Assembly (NCBI RefSeq): GCF_964355755.1
Contig: NC_092680.1
Span: forward strand, 3,596,001 to 3,660,000
Origin: Antedon mediterranea
Lineage: Eukaryota; Animalia; Echinodermata
Direction: 5' to 3'
DNA length: 64,000 bases
The position numbers and the translations under genes are program-made. Each line of letters starts with the position of its first letter. Position 1 is the first letter of the stretch. Positions 12,701 through 24,643 of this stretch are shown here, in pieces. The notes below the pieces were generated by a model, which had not been told where the DNA came from, did no database searches, and saw only the letters and a program-made list of their open reading frames with translations.

Positions 12701-15690
12701 AATGGTCATAAGAAATAACATAGATTCTATATTTTTATTACCGCTCGTTTGTGTCAATTCTCCTTTAGCCAGCAAATGCCCTCTTTCTGTCCGAAGAAAA
12801 AAGGTTAAGTATGACAATGCTGCTGCTGAGCACACTTATCTTATCGTATCTTCCGCGATCATCAGGGTAGAGGGGTTTTGATTGTTTCTACAGTACACTG
12901 TTCAATATATAAAAAAATTATTTAATGACTTACCAGATACTGTAAATATTGGTTGTCATGGTAATATATCTTCTCACTACCATATTCATCATTCGTCTCG
13001 GGTTCTTTGTTGATGAGCGACTCTGGTATAAAATCAGGAATGGGTCGTTCCGTTACTACTTTACGTGGAACTGGCGTGGCTGTAAAGTTTATATTTTGAG
13101 CAAGTGCTCGGATACCGTCTGATATTTTTAGTTCTAATTTCTTATCACGTTTTGAGTCTGGATATTTAAATGTTGTGTCCATTAATTTGTTAAATTGATT
13201 AATTGTTCCATTTGCAAATTTTGATAAACTGAAAACATAAAAAAAGATCAGAAAAATATTAAAACAATAATTGACTATACTGTACCCCATTGAGGAGTAA
13301 TCAATATAAAATTGTGAACAGTGAAAACAACCTTATAAGGTACAATTCCCAACTTATTGCTGTTTGCTTTCATCCTATTTAAACAGACTTTGGTAAAATC
13401 TATGCTTGCCAACTCCGGGCTAGTACAGTACAATCCAAAGTTAACTAACACAAAAGTCAAGGAAAAGATATATTGATACAACTCCGCACCAAAATGAATT
13501 TCATTGATCTAAAATACCAGCTGTTGGCTTGCCAATGTGCAAAATACAATGATATTATTATTTATACTGAGCTAAATAAATAGTAGTAAGTAAATACTAG
13601 TAAGTAGTTTACGGAGTAAACTTTACAAAAATTGGCAACATATGTTCTTGACAATAAATCTAATGAAACTTTGATTTCTCAGATTATCAAACACAAAAAA
13701 TGTACAAGGGTTACAGTAGGGAAATAGTGAACTGCATTTTTCTTTCATCAATCACACTTAAGTGAGATATTTCTTTTAAATTTCACTTACAACTCAATAT
13801 TTAAGTATTTCACTTTAAATTGTATGCATTTAGATCGGAGATTTCTTTTTATTGTAAGGTATTTCCCTTGGCCTAAAATGTGAATGGTGAATACGGCCAC
13901 AGTACTTAAAGGTGTTACGGAATTTGGCAAAAGTTTCCCCTAGATGTTTCATAATTTTTGGGATTTTATTTGTGTTACACAAGCTTGTTGAAAATAAGCC
14001 CTTTCTTATCAGTGGGGGGATAGTTCAAATTACACAGTAAAATCTCTATTCTTTTGTACACAAATTTTGTAAATAGAGAGGCATTTTAAAAAGCTATGAA
14101 AAATAAATGGTGTGGTAAAAAATGTTATCAGATGATTAAATATAGGTAATATAACTTGAATATTACATTTCTGATATTTTTATTCAACTTCAGATTTTTA
14201 TTTTCATGCTATAGCAAAAATTATCTACCGTATATCCACCATCTTTTTTCACCATCTAGGGAGTCACCAGACATGTTATTACATTAGGTTAACTACCTAA
14301 CTACTGAAAAAAAGTCTTCCTGGTTTTTATGGAAGAATTTTGTCAAATTTTGTATTTGACCATATTAAGGGAAATTCATGTTTTTTCGTCTCGATTTCTG
14401 TTACAAATATTTGATTTATGTACTATTAATCAAATATTATATTTAAAATTCATGCCTGTACCTGAGCTTTAAAAAATGTTTACCTTTTTTGCAATTTGAT
14501 GTGAACATTTACCGGAATTGTAGAGTAGCCCGTTTCAGACACACTCATCACAATAAATGAAATGCTTATTACAACCAATACGCCAAACATGAATATACAT
14601 CTTTTCAGACTACAAATAGAAGAAATAATCAATATTTTAATTAATTTTTTTCAGTTTTTTTTCTTTAGATAAGTACAAAGACAAAAACGGAAAAAAATCT
14701 GATTAAAAGTTTAACGTCCTAATGATCTAATCACTGTCAAAATGAAATATGAAAAGAAATATAATTGTAATGTAAGTAACAATAATCAAAATACAATTTA
14801 TTTGATTTGATATAATTTATACATTGCAAAAATAATACAAATTGTGTAAATGTTGTCAACTAGGCCCTACAGGATATCAAAATATTCTGTTTTTTTTTTC
14901 AAAGATTGATTTATTCAATTTTTTAACCATTGTGGCCAGTTACCTTTGTTAATGTTTTATTACCTTTTTTAAAAGTATTATTTCTGCAATATTATAATAT
15001 TACTACTAATTTATTTTCTTACTTGGTATTGTGTTTCAATAAAGTGCTTGTTAATGTTATTAAACTAGCATACAGATAATGTTTGAACAAGAAATCACAT
15101 TAGTTTTTTAGCTAAGAAAGGCTATATATATATATAAACTTTATTTAGACACGAGACTGATGTGCAGTACAACTCGTTCAATCAATATTGATTGTTTTTA
15201 CACAAGTTCGTGATACTGTATTACAAAACAAAAAAAATCAACACCATATAAATACAACAGAAACGAAAAAAATTGAAATTGAAAAGAAACAAAATTACAG
15301 CAGAATCCCCTTCATCTGACACCTCTATTTAGGGTACACCATACCGGTACTTCCCGTGTAAACGGAAACCCTTATCGAAGTGTATAATTCATGGGGATTC
15401 AACTGTAATACATAATAAATCTTTTGGATTTCATTAAGTACAGCTACAGTAAGTATAGAGTAAGCCTCTGTGATAGGCCCTATTATGGCCTAAGTATTTA
15501 TATAATATTAATACTAAATAGCCCTACTATAACTAGGCCTAACCTAGGCCTAGGCCTATATTATAAAAATAAATAAGCTAATAAAGTCAGACAAGATTTA
15601 GAAGGTTATTATTATTAATTATTAAAAATTCAAGAAAATGTTAAAGGCTTACCTTAAAGAACCACGGCTACCAAGTTCCGAGCTTATCAT
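770..15690 (-). CDS. ST6GALNAC1: Alpha-N-acetylgalactosaminide alpha-2,6-sialyltransferase (ST6GalNAc I/II-like, GT29), 10 coding exons, ~463 aa
   Basis: GT-AG exons with consistent phases: 15653-15690, 14484-14609, 12934-13228, 10323-10491, 9638-9815, 6403-6541, 5643-5746, 5029-5112, 4374-4464, 770-937 (1392 nt). N-terminal TM segment ([20 protein letters not shown]), sialylmotif L ([32 protein letters not shown]...[10 protein letters not shown]), HPDF, motif S ([24 protein letters not shown]), motif III (HYYE) and VS (HDNKAE), resembling vertebrate ST6GALNAC1/2. I vs II cannot be resolved. Confidence 0.93.
1080..1285. repeat. Degenerate short-period tandem repeat (GGTCAAATAA-like)
   Basis: Many imperfect copies of aggtcaaataa in succession. 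Confidence 0.6.
2602..2900. mobile_element. Non-autonomous Tc1/mariner-like DNA element
   Basis: TA|CCGTATATATTTGAATAAAC ... GTTTATTCAAATAAATACGG|TA terminal inverted repeats with TA flanks. Confidence 0.7.
3013..3310 (+). mobile_element. tRNA-derived SINE with Deu/Nin-domain-like core
   Basis: A-box-like GTGATTGAGTGG, B-box GGTTCGAG; core GGATAAGGATTATAAACCGTAGGTCC...GCACTTTAAAGAACC...AGTAGG...CCCCGGTG resembles the Deu domain; AT-rich tail; three further copies in the window. Confidence 0.75.
3962..4299. mobile_element. TTAA-targeting non-autonomous DNA element (Kolobok-like), ~340 bp family
   Basis: TTAA|AGATGTATT(A/G)TCCCC ... GGGGACAATACATCT|TTAA. Related copies at ~5230-5589, 25550-25680 (partial), 40290-40610, 53470-53788, 54176-55015, 56365-56946, 58296-58878, 59930-60255. 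Confidence 0.8.
5230..5589. mobile_element. Kolobok-like TTAA element (second full copy)
   Basis: TTAA|AGATGTATTGTCCCC ... GGGGACAATACATGT|TTAA; opposite orientation to 3962-4299. Confidence 0.8.
6027..6362. repeat. 21-bp minisatellite (GTGACCACAGGCAATAGTCAT), ~16 copies
   Basis: Direct tandem repeats in a sialyltransferase intron; they generate three repetitive ORFs in the track. Confidence 0.95.
7049..7762. mobile_element. Non-autonomous DNA element with ~45-bp TIRs
   Basis: CCAAAGAATATATATCACAAGAATGAGTA(T)TCCGCGATTTT at ~7050 is the inverted complement of 7720-7760. Confidence 0.75.
7770..8964. mobile_element. hAT-like non-autonomous element (~1.2 kb)
   Basis: 14-bp TIR CAGGGATGTCACCA / TGGTGACATCCCTG; CpG-richer interior; no clean TSD seen. 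Confidence 0.65.
11692..12065 (+). repeat. ~150-bp tandem repeat x2.5 containing degenerate tRNA/SINE head
   Basis: Units start at ~11692, 11842 and 11992, each with TTGCCTAC..CCCAGGG..GGTTCAA (B-box-like). Confidence 0.6.
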
Positions 15691-16899
15691 GTTTCTTACA
15701 AAATGAAGCTATCAATTAAATGCTGTAAAAATTGGAAAATGCTAGGCCGATTCTGCTAGACTTAGGCTACGTTAGAAACTCGGTAAACGACTTAAAAACA
15801 ATCTTAGCGCTGAACCGATCGATGCCGAGACGTTCGGTCTTCCTTCACCGAAGCCTAGCTAAATTGAGGAAACACGACTCATTAAAGTTGATATGACAAT
15901 TACTACGCTTTACGTTTATGTAGCACATGTGTTAATACTGTCATAAAACATTGATTAACAATGACAGAGAAACATGTTGGCGCCCATGTTGGTATAAAAG
16001 AACAAATGTAACTCACTGCTGTCGTAATTTTCTCTCCTTTCTCTTTTAATGTTGTTTGAGATTGAGACGATTGTGATCGTGTTTTGCTGCTGCCAAAGCA
16101 TGCAAAGTTCATTTTAAACAGCGCCACCGTTTGTTGAAAAAGTTTTGACGCTGAACATTGTTTTTCATTATTATTCTAGGTATACTTTATTATATAAAAT
16201 GGTTTTAACGTAAAGAATTGTATACAGAATAGAATACAATAATAAAATCTTCAAGATGTTCCTATTCATTGAAACTAATTTAAATAAGCCCTACTAGTAG
16301 CCTACCTACATTATTACCGCAGAAAAAAAAGTTCGGGTATCAAAACATTGTTAACTTTGACCATCATTACTTTTTTGTTTTCCAAATAAATTTCAAAGAA
16401 TTTCCCATATGGCCCTAGAATAGTATTATAGCCATGTCCGTTTTATATCAAGTTTCTACTGCAACGCAAGGAATTAAGTAAAAGTAATTTGACCACTCAC
16501 GATATGGGATTTAGAGAGGATGATCCATCGCGCGCGGTAATTGTCCTGTCGGAAGCAAGCTTTCGCATCAGCGAATTTTATTTGAAAAAAAAAACACATT
16601 AAGGCCTCGTGTCGTGGCCTTTGCCGTATATTAATAAATGTCGTTTGATTACATTAATATGAAATATTCTGTTGTGGGTTTCCTGTACGATTATGTAAAT
16701 TGATTTTTCTTTGAAGATCAATACGTGAGGCGTCGTGTTTAGTCATGCATGGTTATAATAATTGAACTGAATTTAATCTACACGGAAGAGGTGCAGTTAA
16801 TGGCTATATGATAGGCTGACGGTGTAGAAACAGGAAGTATTCCAGTGCTTCAGTTATGCTGGAACTGTTCATGAGATAGCAGACAAAACACCGACAGAA

Positions 16900-19322
16900 A
16901 TGGACTACAAAGCCGAAGCTGAGCGTTGCTACAGTGTGATAACAGACCTTCTTGGTGAGGAAAAGGACTGGGGACCAGTTTTTAAAAGTTCGGTAAGTTT
17001 ACTTGCTCCTTTAAGAAACTATCACTGGTGGTGACCAGACGTATAACTTGTAAGTGCACGTCTGACAGTGTTTGTCTACAAAAATATAGGCCTTATTAAC
17101 TGCAAGGCCTACGATACGTTTAATGTCGTCATCCATATAACATTATTTGTTATTCATTGCAGAAGGACCACGTGGTACATCGAAAGGAATCCGAACACTT
17201 CAGTGGCTACGTGTAAGTTGTATTCATTATACTTAAAGCTCTGTCTATATTTGGGCATATCACTACCATATTTAAGCACATCACACTTTGTTTGTCAAAC
17301 TATTTTGATAGTGTAGACAGAGCTTAAGAGGCCCATCAATATACTAAATTATCCCGATTGTTCAGGACTATTTATTAATGGATTACAATAAACGATCGGT
17401 AACGAAGTAGGAACGAAAGATCGATCGAACGGAAAAAGTGTTGGTCAATTGGTAAATCAATTCCGGTAATCGATCGAATGTATTCATTCATGAATCGATC
17501 GATCCGCAGGGTGAGCTTTACCAGATATCATATTGTAGTGGCACGTCTGTGGCTTTATTTACCTTTGGTTCAATTTCTGTCACACAGTTTCTGATATTTA
17601 AAACAGCACTAACTAATTTCTTTATATTGTGAGAAAAAATTACGTGAGAGCATTGTTTGTGTTCTTAAAGCTTGGTCCCACTAGTAAGCGCAACGTAAGC
17701 AATTTGACCAATGACAAGCGATGGATTATTTTGAACTATCAGTGTCATTTTGGTCAACTCGCTTGCGTTGCTCTTACGTCATTGCGTTGCGTCCTAGTGG
17801 GAACCAAGCTTAAAAGGCAAGACACTTTATATAGTTTGTCCCTCACCCAGATAAGTTGCAAATGGGTACCTACGTTTACCTCTATCCATCCAGGTATATA
17901 AATAGATACCTGGTAAGGATGAGATTTGGCTGAGAAGGCATGGGGTTCCATCCTGTAATTGACGAGTCGTAGATGGTGTGAAAGTTTTTTTAGAAAATAT
18001 GAACAAAAATAATCATTTGTTTAGGTACAAATGTGCATACACTGTGGAAATATCTCTTGATGACCTTCTCGACCTGACGCTGCCCAGATGTATGGGAGGC
18101 CATATAGAAGATGTTGATTCGATGGTAAAGGAAATCCAGTGCCTTGAACAAGTATCCGAAGTACCGGTAAGTACCAATTTCAAATTAGTCGTCGGCGTCT
18201 CATACTTCAAGACAATAAAACACAATTAAACAATGGCTGCTATTTTGTTTCATTATATTTTTATTAGGATGCAAATAACAATGGTAGTGACATCACATTT
18301 TTTGACACAAAGTTTGATAGAGTAGACAGAGCATTATCATCATATTTTTGTTGCAGCAAATTAGTATCATCAGAGGTGTATCGAATCCAGTTGTCATGGG
18401 ACTAATATCAAGCAGAGAATTCATAGATATATGTTACGTTAAACGATTCGAAGAAAACAACAATAAAGTTGCAGTTATAACATCAGGCGTAGAATACGAC
18501 GTTCCTCTTACGCCGAAATTAGTTCGTGCTAAACGATATCCAAGCGGGTTCATTGTCAATGTTGTTGAGCAAGGGTGAGTAGGCCTAATTGTATAAATTA
18601 CAATAGCTGCACCACATCTTGGATTTGGTTGATAAGCCTAGTCATTATTCGATATCAGGTATTACACATTATTAAGAAAACGTGAAAATACAACATAATA
18701 GATGGGACATGATTGTACATCCCGTTAGCAACGGCAACTCACCACTCCCTCCCTCGATAAGTTCGTCTCTGCTCATAGGAGGGCCACAGTTAAAAAAGAA
18801 CCTCCATATAAGGCTGGATTCACCCGATTCTGTACCTGTCAATAGATTCTCTGTGGAAGACTGTTGCCAGTCTATCAGATACATATCTTCCACAGAGAGT
18901 CTATTGACAGCTACGTGGATACTTGGTTTCCACTTGGACGCAATGCAGTGATGTAGGAGGCAAAAACCATGTGGGTTGACCAATCACAGCTGGCAGTGAT
19001 GAACCATTGTGTTATCATTGGTCAACTAAATTGCGTTGCACGTCGTCGTTGCGTGAGAACCTAGCGTTATAAAAAAGACACCTTCGGAACCCGATAAAGT
19101 GTCTTGATCCCTTGAATTACAGTATTATTAATGACATTATTACTGATCTTGTTTTCTTTTAGTGATAAACAAGTTCTCGAGATAAAACAAATTGAACAGA
19201 GAGATTTCAGCGGCAGTGTGCCATCTTCTGTGGTTGAAAAGTTCATTACCAGCGAGCTATGCAATCAGGCCACTACATACAAGAAAAGTCTCAAGAAATT
19301 AGAAAAAATACGCAATAAATAA
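16900..19322 (+). CDS. STARD5: START-domain lipid-transfer protein, STARD4/5/6 subfamily-like (paralog A), ~220 aa
   Basis: Exons 16900-16992, 17163-17212, 18025-18166, 18357-18574, 19163-19322 (663 nt, GT-AG). MDYKAEAE start, MGLISSREFID, KLVRAK..PSG and DFSGSVPSSVVEKF match STARD5 motifs (MKLISPRDFVD, GFVRG, DLSGYLPQNVVDSF). Symbol indicates the closest subfamily only. Confidence 0.85.
17237..17324. mobile_element. Harbinger-type MITE family A, internally deleted copy
   Basis: TAA|AGCTCTGTCTA ... GTGTAGACAGAGCT|TAA. Confidence 0.8.
17669..17810. mobile_element. Harbinger-type MITE family B
   Basis: TAA|AGCTTGGTCCCACTAG ... CTAGTGGGAACCAAGCT|TAA; degenerate relatives near 3595-3733 and 18975-19056. 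Confidence 0.75.
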
Positions 19323-20880
19323 ATGAAGCATATAGGCTACTTGTCTACGTATTGAATTTGTTAAAGGGCCACCATTTCTATATTTAGTTTGTGTTTACAC
19401 AGTGCCACATGACAATTTAAATGAAATAAATGAATAAATTTAAACCAAGAGTTTTTTACGGAAGCCCATTCGGGACACTATAGATAAAGGTCTTAAAATA
19501 ATTTATACTTAACTAGAGTGACTCGAACGGGCTTCCGTAGTTCAGGAATATAAAATATTGTTTGTTTTCGTCAAAAAAAAAATTATGTATAATAAGAAAA
19601 GAACTGAGACAAGAAAATAGTATCGAGCGGAGTACGTACGATAAAAGAACTAGCAAGAAGCTAATTGACTCTGATTGTCAAGTCAAACATTCAAAATATG
19701 CCTACTTGGTATCGTTTACAAGGATAGTAATTTCATTAAACAATGCTTCAGTTTAATTGTATTTTTGCTTGTGTATGTTTATCTAGTAGTACGTATAGGA
19801 TAATACTCTCGTATCATGGTGTGAACAACGATTCATACAAATATTCGATATTTGTAAAACAACTCTGAAGTTTGCATCAAATAATGCGCTCGCATGTAAG
19901 TATGTAAGTGGACATGCTCGAGGGGCGTGTTTATATTCTTCTTTTTTAATTTTTATTGCACGTGGACCAACTCGGGTTTTTAGGCATAGGCCACATTATG
20001 TGTCCCCAGTCTTAGGGAAGAGAGATACAGAGGAAAGAACAATCTAATCCGTTCACTTAAAGGCCTAAATACTGTATTAAATAATTTCTGTCAATATCTT
20101 TGAACGTCATGTCTCTTGCTGCGGCCCTCTATGAACTATTTCTCAGGGAAAATGTATCGTGCACGAGTAGTCTGATCGTGCTCTTACGTCAAGAATTAAT
20201 AAAATATGTTTTGAGCAATCTGTTTTGGATTTCATCAAAATCGACGGAAAGTAAATTTTCTTACGATCGTAAGTTTGAAGTATTTAAGAGTTATTAAAAT
20301 ACGTAATCTTATACGAATTCAGGCACGTAAACTAGCAATTTTATGGAGGAGTTCGATTAGAATTTAGAAAATTTGGAGGATTTGATAGACTACCAATTAG
20401 GCTTACGATTGTATTAAAAGTTCTTAAAATAACACTGGACGGGCGATTTTAGCATTTTGCCATTTTTCGAAAAATTCCCTGTACTACCGGTATAGTACAG
20501 AGATAGCGAGTGAGGGTCTTCACCCCTCAGCCTCTCCATGGTTGGGGATATGGTAAGAACATTGTGAAAGAACCTATTTTGTCGAGTAAACCGGAGCAAA
20601 CAAACGGCGGTCTAAACATTCCAGACTAACGGCCTGTGAATTATTACTAAGTTACGTTAATCAATAACCTTTGTTAATATAGGCCATGGTTGTCAAGAAT
20701 CTCCCAATTAATAATAATTATGCCTAATAAAGAGATTTTAAATATCGTAAAATACTATAGTCAATGTTATACCAAATATATAAATGAAATGATCACATGC
20801 ACTGATTTGAAATGCGTCGATTGTAATAATAGGCCTACTGAAATAAGTGATTTCAAAGTGCGCCATGTAACAGTGTTATA

Positions 20881-21245
20881 AAGTGCGACAGGTAACTTGA
20901 CAGTTACTGCAATGTGCGACAGCTCAGGTAAAGCGAAGTGCGATAGGTAACTTGACAGTTACTGCAATATGCGACAGCTCAGGTAAAGCGAAGTGCGACA
21001 GGTAATTTGACAGTTACTGCAATGTGCGACAGCTCAGGTAAAGCGAAGTACGAAAGGTAACTTGACAGTTACTGCAATGTGCGACAGCTCAGGTAAAGCT
21101 AAGTGCGACACGTAACTTGACAGTTACTGCAATGTGCGACAGCTCAGGTAAAGCGAAGTGCGACAGGTAACTTGACAGTTACTGCAATGTGCGACAGCTC
21201 AGGTAAAGCGAAGTGCGACATTGATTATTACAAATTGCGACAGGT
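20881..21245. repeat. 55-bp minisatellite, ~6.3 copies
   Basis: Unit AAGTGCGACAGGTAACTTGACAGTTACTGCAATGTGCGACAGCTCAGGTAAAGCG starting at 20881, 20936, 20991, 21046, 21101, 21156, 21211. Confidence 0.95.
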
Positions 21246-21616
21246 CAATTATTACGCAGTGCGGTAGCTTTATTACAAAGTGTGACGTAACAGATACGGA
21301 AAGATTTAAATGTCAATGGACGAAAGAAGTATTTGGTATATCCCCTTCCCCTCCATGATGTCCAAGATCAAGGTAATTAATTCAGGGAAAACATGCTATC
21401 GTTAATAAACAGAAGCATTTAACAAGAAGCCGGTCAAGTTGAATATTAATATAGTTTAAATATGCCTTTTGGACTTTGTAATCAATGTCACAAGCAATGT
21501 TAACTCCCCACACACGTGACACAAAACTCCTCACTATATCTTGGTTTAAGTTTTCATCGACCAGTCTATTAAACAAGTGGTCAGTTCGAGCTTAGAAAAA
21601 ACCGACGGACGTCAAT

Positions 21617-24257
21617 ATGGACTACAAGGCTGAAGCTGAGAAGGCATATGAGGCACTTGTGCGAACGATAGAGAGTGATGACTGGGGCAAGGAAATTAAG
21701 AGTTCGGTAAGTGTGTAACCGCCTACGGGAATTAAACGTAAAGATGTATAAAGAACGACTTACACAGCTCAGACGAGCGGTAACGGCAAGCGGAAAACCG
21801 CATACGTTGTCCCACGTACAATCTGTATCTATCCTGAGCGGAAACCGCCCGTCGTCCGATCCGCTCCACGTTGTGTGTAAATGGTCACAAGGAATAACGT
21901 AGATTCCAAATTGTTATACCGTTACCGCTCGTCTGTGTAAAATTGGCCTTTATTTGTCTATATGTCAACGTTTTCCCAAGTGAACTAACATTTTTTTTAT
22001 AATTTGCAGAAAGACCACAAAGTTTATCGCAAGAAATCCGAACACTTCAATGGTTCTGCGTAAGTTATATTTTAAATAATCGTTTGAAGTAGACGTGCAT
22101 GCAGTAGGCTTATAGACAGTCGCGTCGTCCATCGGCAACGCCCGCCATTGCACGCACGTCACGACGCCGCCGCTTACTGATTATAATCAGTTTAAAAGCG
22201 CCGCGTCACATTATTTCGCGCCGTAGAATGTACCGGGAGCAGGCTAGTTTCCCCTGGAAATTCTTCCACCCCAGAAAAAATAGACAGTTTGAATATAATG
22301 TGGGGGGGGGGGGGGAGGAGATGCAAAATGCCATAGGGAGCTACGGTCAGGAGGGAAATGTCACTGAGGAGGGGAAAATGTCACTTGGGTGGGGTGGGAG
22401 GGGGGGGGGGTTCCAGGGAGAAAAGTACCGGGAGTAAATGTCCGGCGGGGGGAGGGGTGGTCCAGTGGCGCAACCAGCCTAGAACCAAATGTACCACATC
22501 ATTTCTAAAATTATATTACCGATGCGGCACTTAATAATCTAATCCATCGTATCCACGGTAATGTCTGTTTAACTAAACGTTGAAAGTCCAACACAAACGA
22601 AAACAGATGATAAATGTATTTACCCTTAAACTAATTTCGAATGATTATAATAATTTAACAGATAGCCTCATATCATTTTGTATAGACATCTGCCAAATAT
22701 AGACTAACATTGGATAAAAACATTATGATAAATCACACGTTATCTAATAATTGATATCTTAAATTGTGTCATCTGTGTTATACCATTAAATAATTGTACC
22801 CCCCCCCCCTACACCCCGCACAAAAAAGAGAATACTTTATAACGTTAACAGTCCTGCAGTACAACTTTGAATGTAAAGATACGTACCACTATAAATAATA
22901 ACCCACACATCCCATTTTCCATAGCGTATCTTTGCATTTGATATCCGGCGACAATATACTACTTAAGCTAAACTCAATGTTATCACTTGTTCAATTATTT
23001 TAAAGAAGTAGAATCTGACTTGTTTGTATATGTATGTTACAGCTATAAATGTGTATACACGGTTGATCTTCCACTAGAGGATTTAATTGTCATGTCACTG
23101 CCTAAGTGTTTGGGAGGACATATCGAAGATATTGATAGTTTAGTTAAAGAAATGGAATGTCTCGAAGAAGTCTCTGATGTAAGTGGAAATCAGTTACTTA
23201 CTGGGTTTTAAAAAGAATTGTTTTCATTGTATTTGTATCGTTGAGGGCCTCGTGCATTTCAGCCTCGGCTGTTTTGAGTTACCCTCATTAAACAAAGAAA
23301 ACAAAATCGTCTTGTTATATCTTTGTACGGTACTACAACACCACGTGAACAAAAGTTGAACATTCTTAAAGCTCTGTCTACACTATCAAACTAGTTTGAC
23401 AAAAAAAGGTGTGATGTGCCGAAATATTTACATCATCATGTCCATATATATGGGCACATCACATAAAGTTTGATAGAGTGTAGACAGACAGAGCTTAAGG
23501 CGTTTCTGGCCAAGAAAGTACTTTTTGGAACACAAACATTATTACTATTCACTAAAACCGAACCGGAGTCCCCCTTTAAGTTACAATTCATTACTCCATG
23601 TTTCCAATTGCTTTAACTCTATACATACTTTTGCTCTGTAGGATGTGAAGGTAGTAAGGACCGTGACAACTTCCATGGCCATGGGTCTCATATCAAGCAG
23701 GGAGTTAATAGATCTTGTCTACATCAAAAGGTTCCCAGACAACGATAAAAAGGCTGCCGTTGTTGTGAAAGGGGTAGACCATGACCTGCCAGTAGCACCA
23801 AAACTAGTTCGTGGAAAACACTTTGTTACTGGACTAATCATGGAGGTGGTTAAGTTGGGGTAAGTTGACCACCAGTCAATAGTGACGATGATGTTACACT
23901 CTGCCTACACTATCAAACTAGCTTGACAAAGTTGGCAATGATATTCCTAAATATGGTGGTGGTATGACATCATCATGTCCATAATATAGGTACATCACAT
24001 GTTTTTGTCACATAAAGTTTGATAATGTAGACAGAGATTTAAAATACGATGGGACGTTTGATAACAACTTGTAATCAATATTTTTTTTTTAATCTAGAGA
24101 CAAAGATGTCCTTGAAATCAAACACATTGAGGAGCTGGATTTCAGCGGAAATGTACCGTCGAAGGTGATAGAGAGTTTTATCCCAAGCGAGCTAATGGGA
24201 CGTGGCTCCACGCTGAAGAAGAATCACAAGAAACTCGAAAAGATCCGTGCCAAATAA
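21617..24257 (+). CDS. STARD5: START-domain lipid-transfer protein, STARD4/5/6 subfamily-like (paralog B), ~217 aa
   Basis: Exons 21617-21706, 22010-22059, 23043-23178, 23642-23859, 24098-24257 (654 nt). Intron positions and phases match paralog A; motifs SMAMGLISSRELIDLV, KLVRGKHFVTG, DFSGNVPSKVIESF. Confidence 0.87.
21752..21951. mobile_element. Harbinger-like MITE family C
   Basis: Ends ACCGCTCGTCTGTGTAAAATTGGCCT|TTA; homologous to 12601-12767 (TAA|AGGCCAATCTACACAGAC...) and fragment 34120-34180. Confidence 0.65.
23370..23495. mobile_element. Harbinger-type MITE family A
   Basis: TAA|AGCTCTGTCTACACTATCAAACT ... GTAGACAGACAGAGCT|TAA. Confidence 0.85.
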
Positions 24258-24606
24258 ATCGACAATGTTTTTCTGTAGGCGGCCTACTTGGGCCTACACT
24301 TATAGCTTAACTAATCAGTGATATCAATCAATGATTTAATACCAAAATAACAACTTCTCTTTCTCGGAAGTCTTCCTAATACAGTATTGTGACGAGACAT
24401 GACAACAATATCCATTTTAATTGATGGCCATTAACATTTTCAAATGTATGAACAATATAACAATATTTTTTTTTTGTTCTGATATATAAAACAAAAGGCA
24501 AATTACTGAAAAATAGCAATGCTGTGGGTATCAGTGGCTGGATCTTAATGTAGATACAAAATAAAATAACCAAAACGACAAAGTAAAACAGCCAGCAGAC
24601 AAATTA

Positions 24607-24643
24607 GCAGAACTTTCGGGCAACACAAGCCCTTCATCAGTGC
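24607..24643 (-). ncRNA. Minimal type-I hammerhead ribozyme motif inside a dispersed (Penelope-like) repeat
   Basis: Minus strand reads GCA CUGAUGA A GGGC UUGUGUU GCCC GAAA GUUC UGC: conserved core, 4-bp stem II and GCA/UGC stem I. Host repeat 24531-24650 recurs at 28946-29065 and partially near 60300. Confidence 0.6.

Noticed and set aside
20881-21245. CRISPR-like appearance of the 55-bp array (likewise the 37-bp array at 31260)
   Set aside because: Units are contiguous with no unique spacers; eukaryotic context; no cas genes.
22228-22465. G-rich ORF and potential G-quadruplex in a START-B intron
   Set aside because: Low-complexity GGGGAAATGTC-type repeat remnant with homopolymer runs; no evidence of function.
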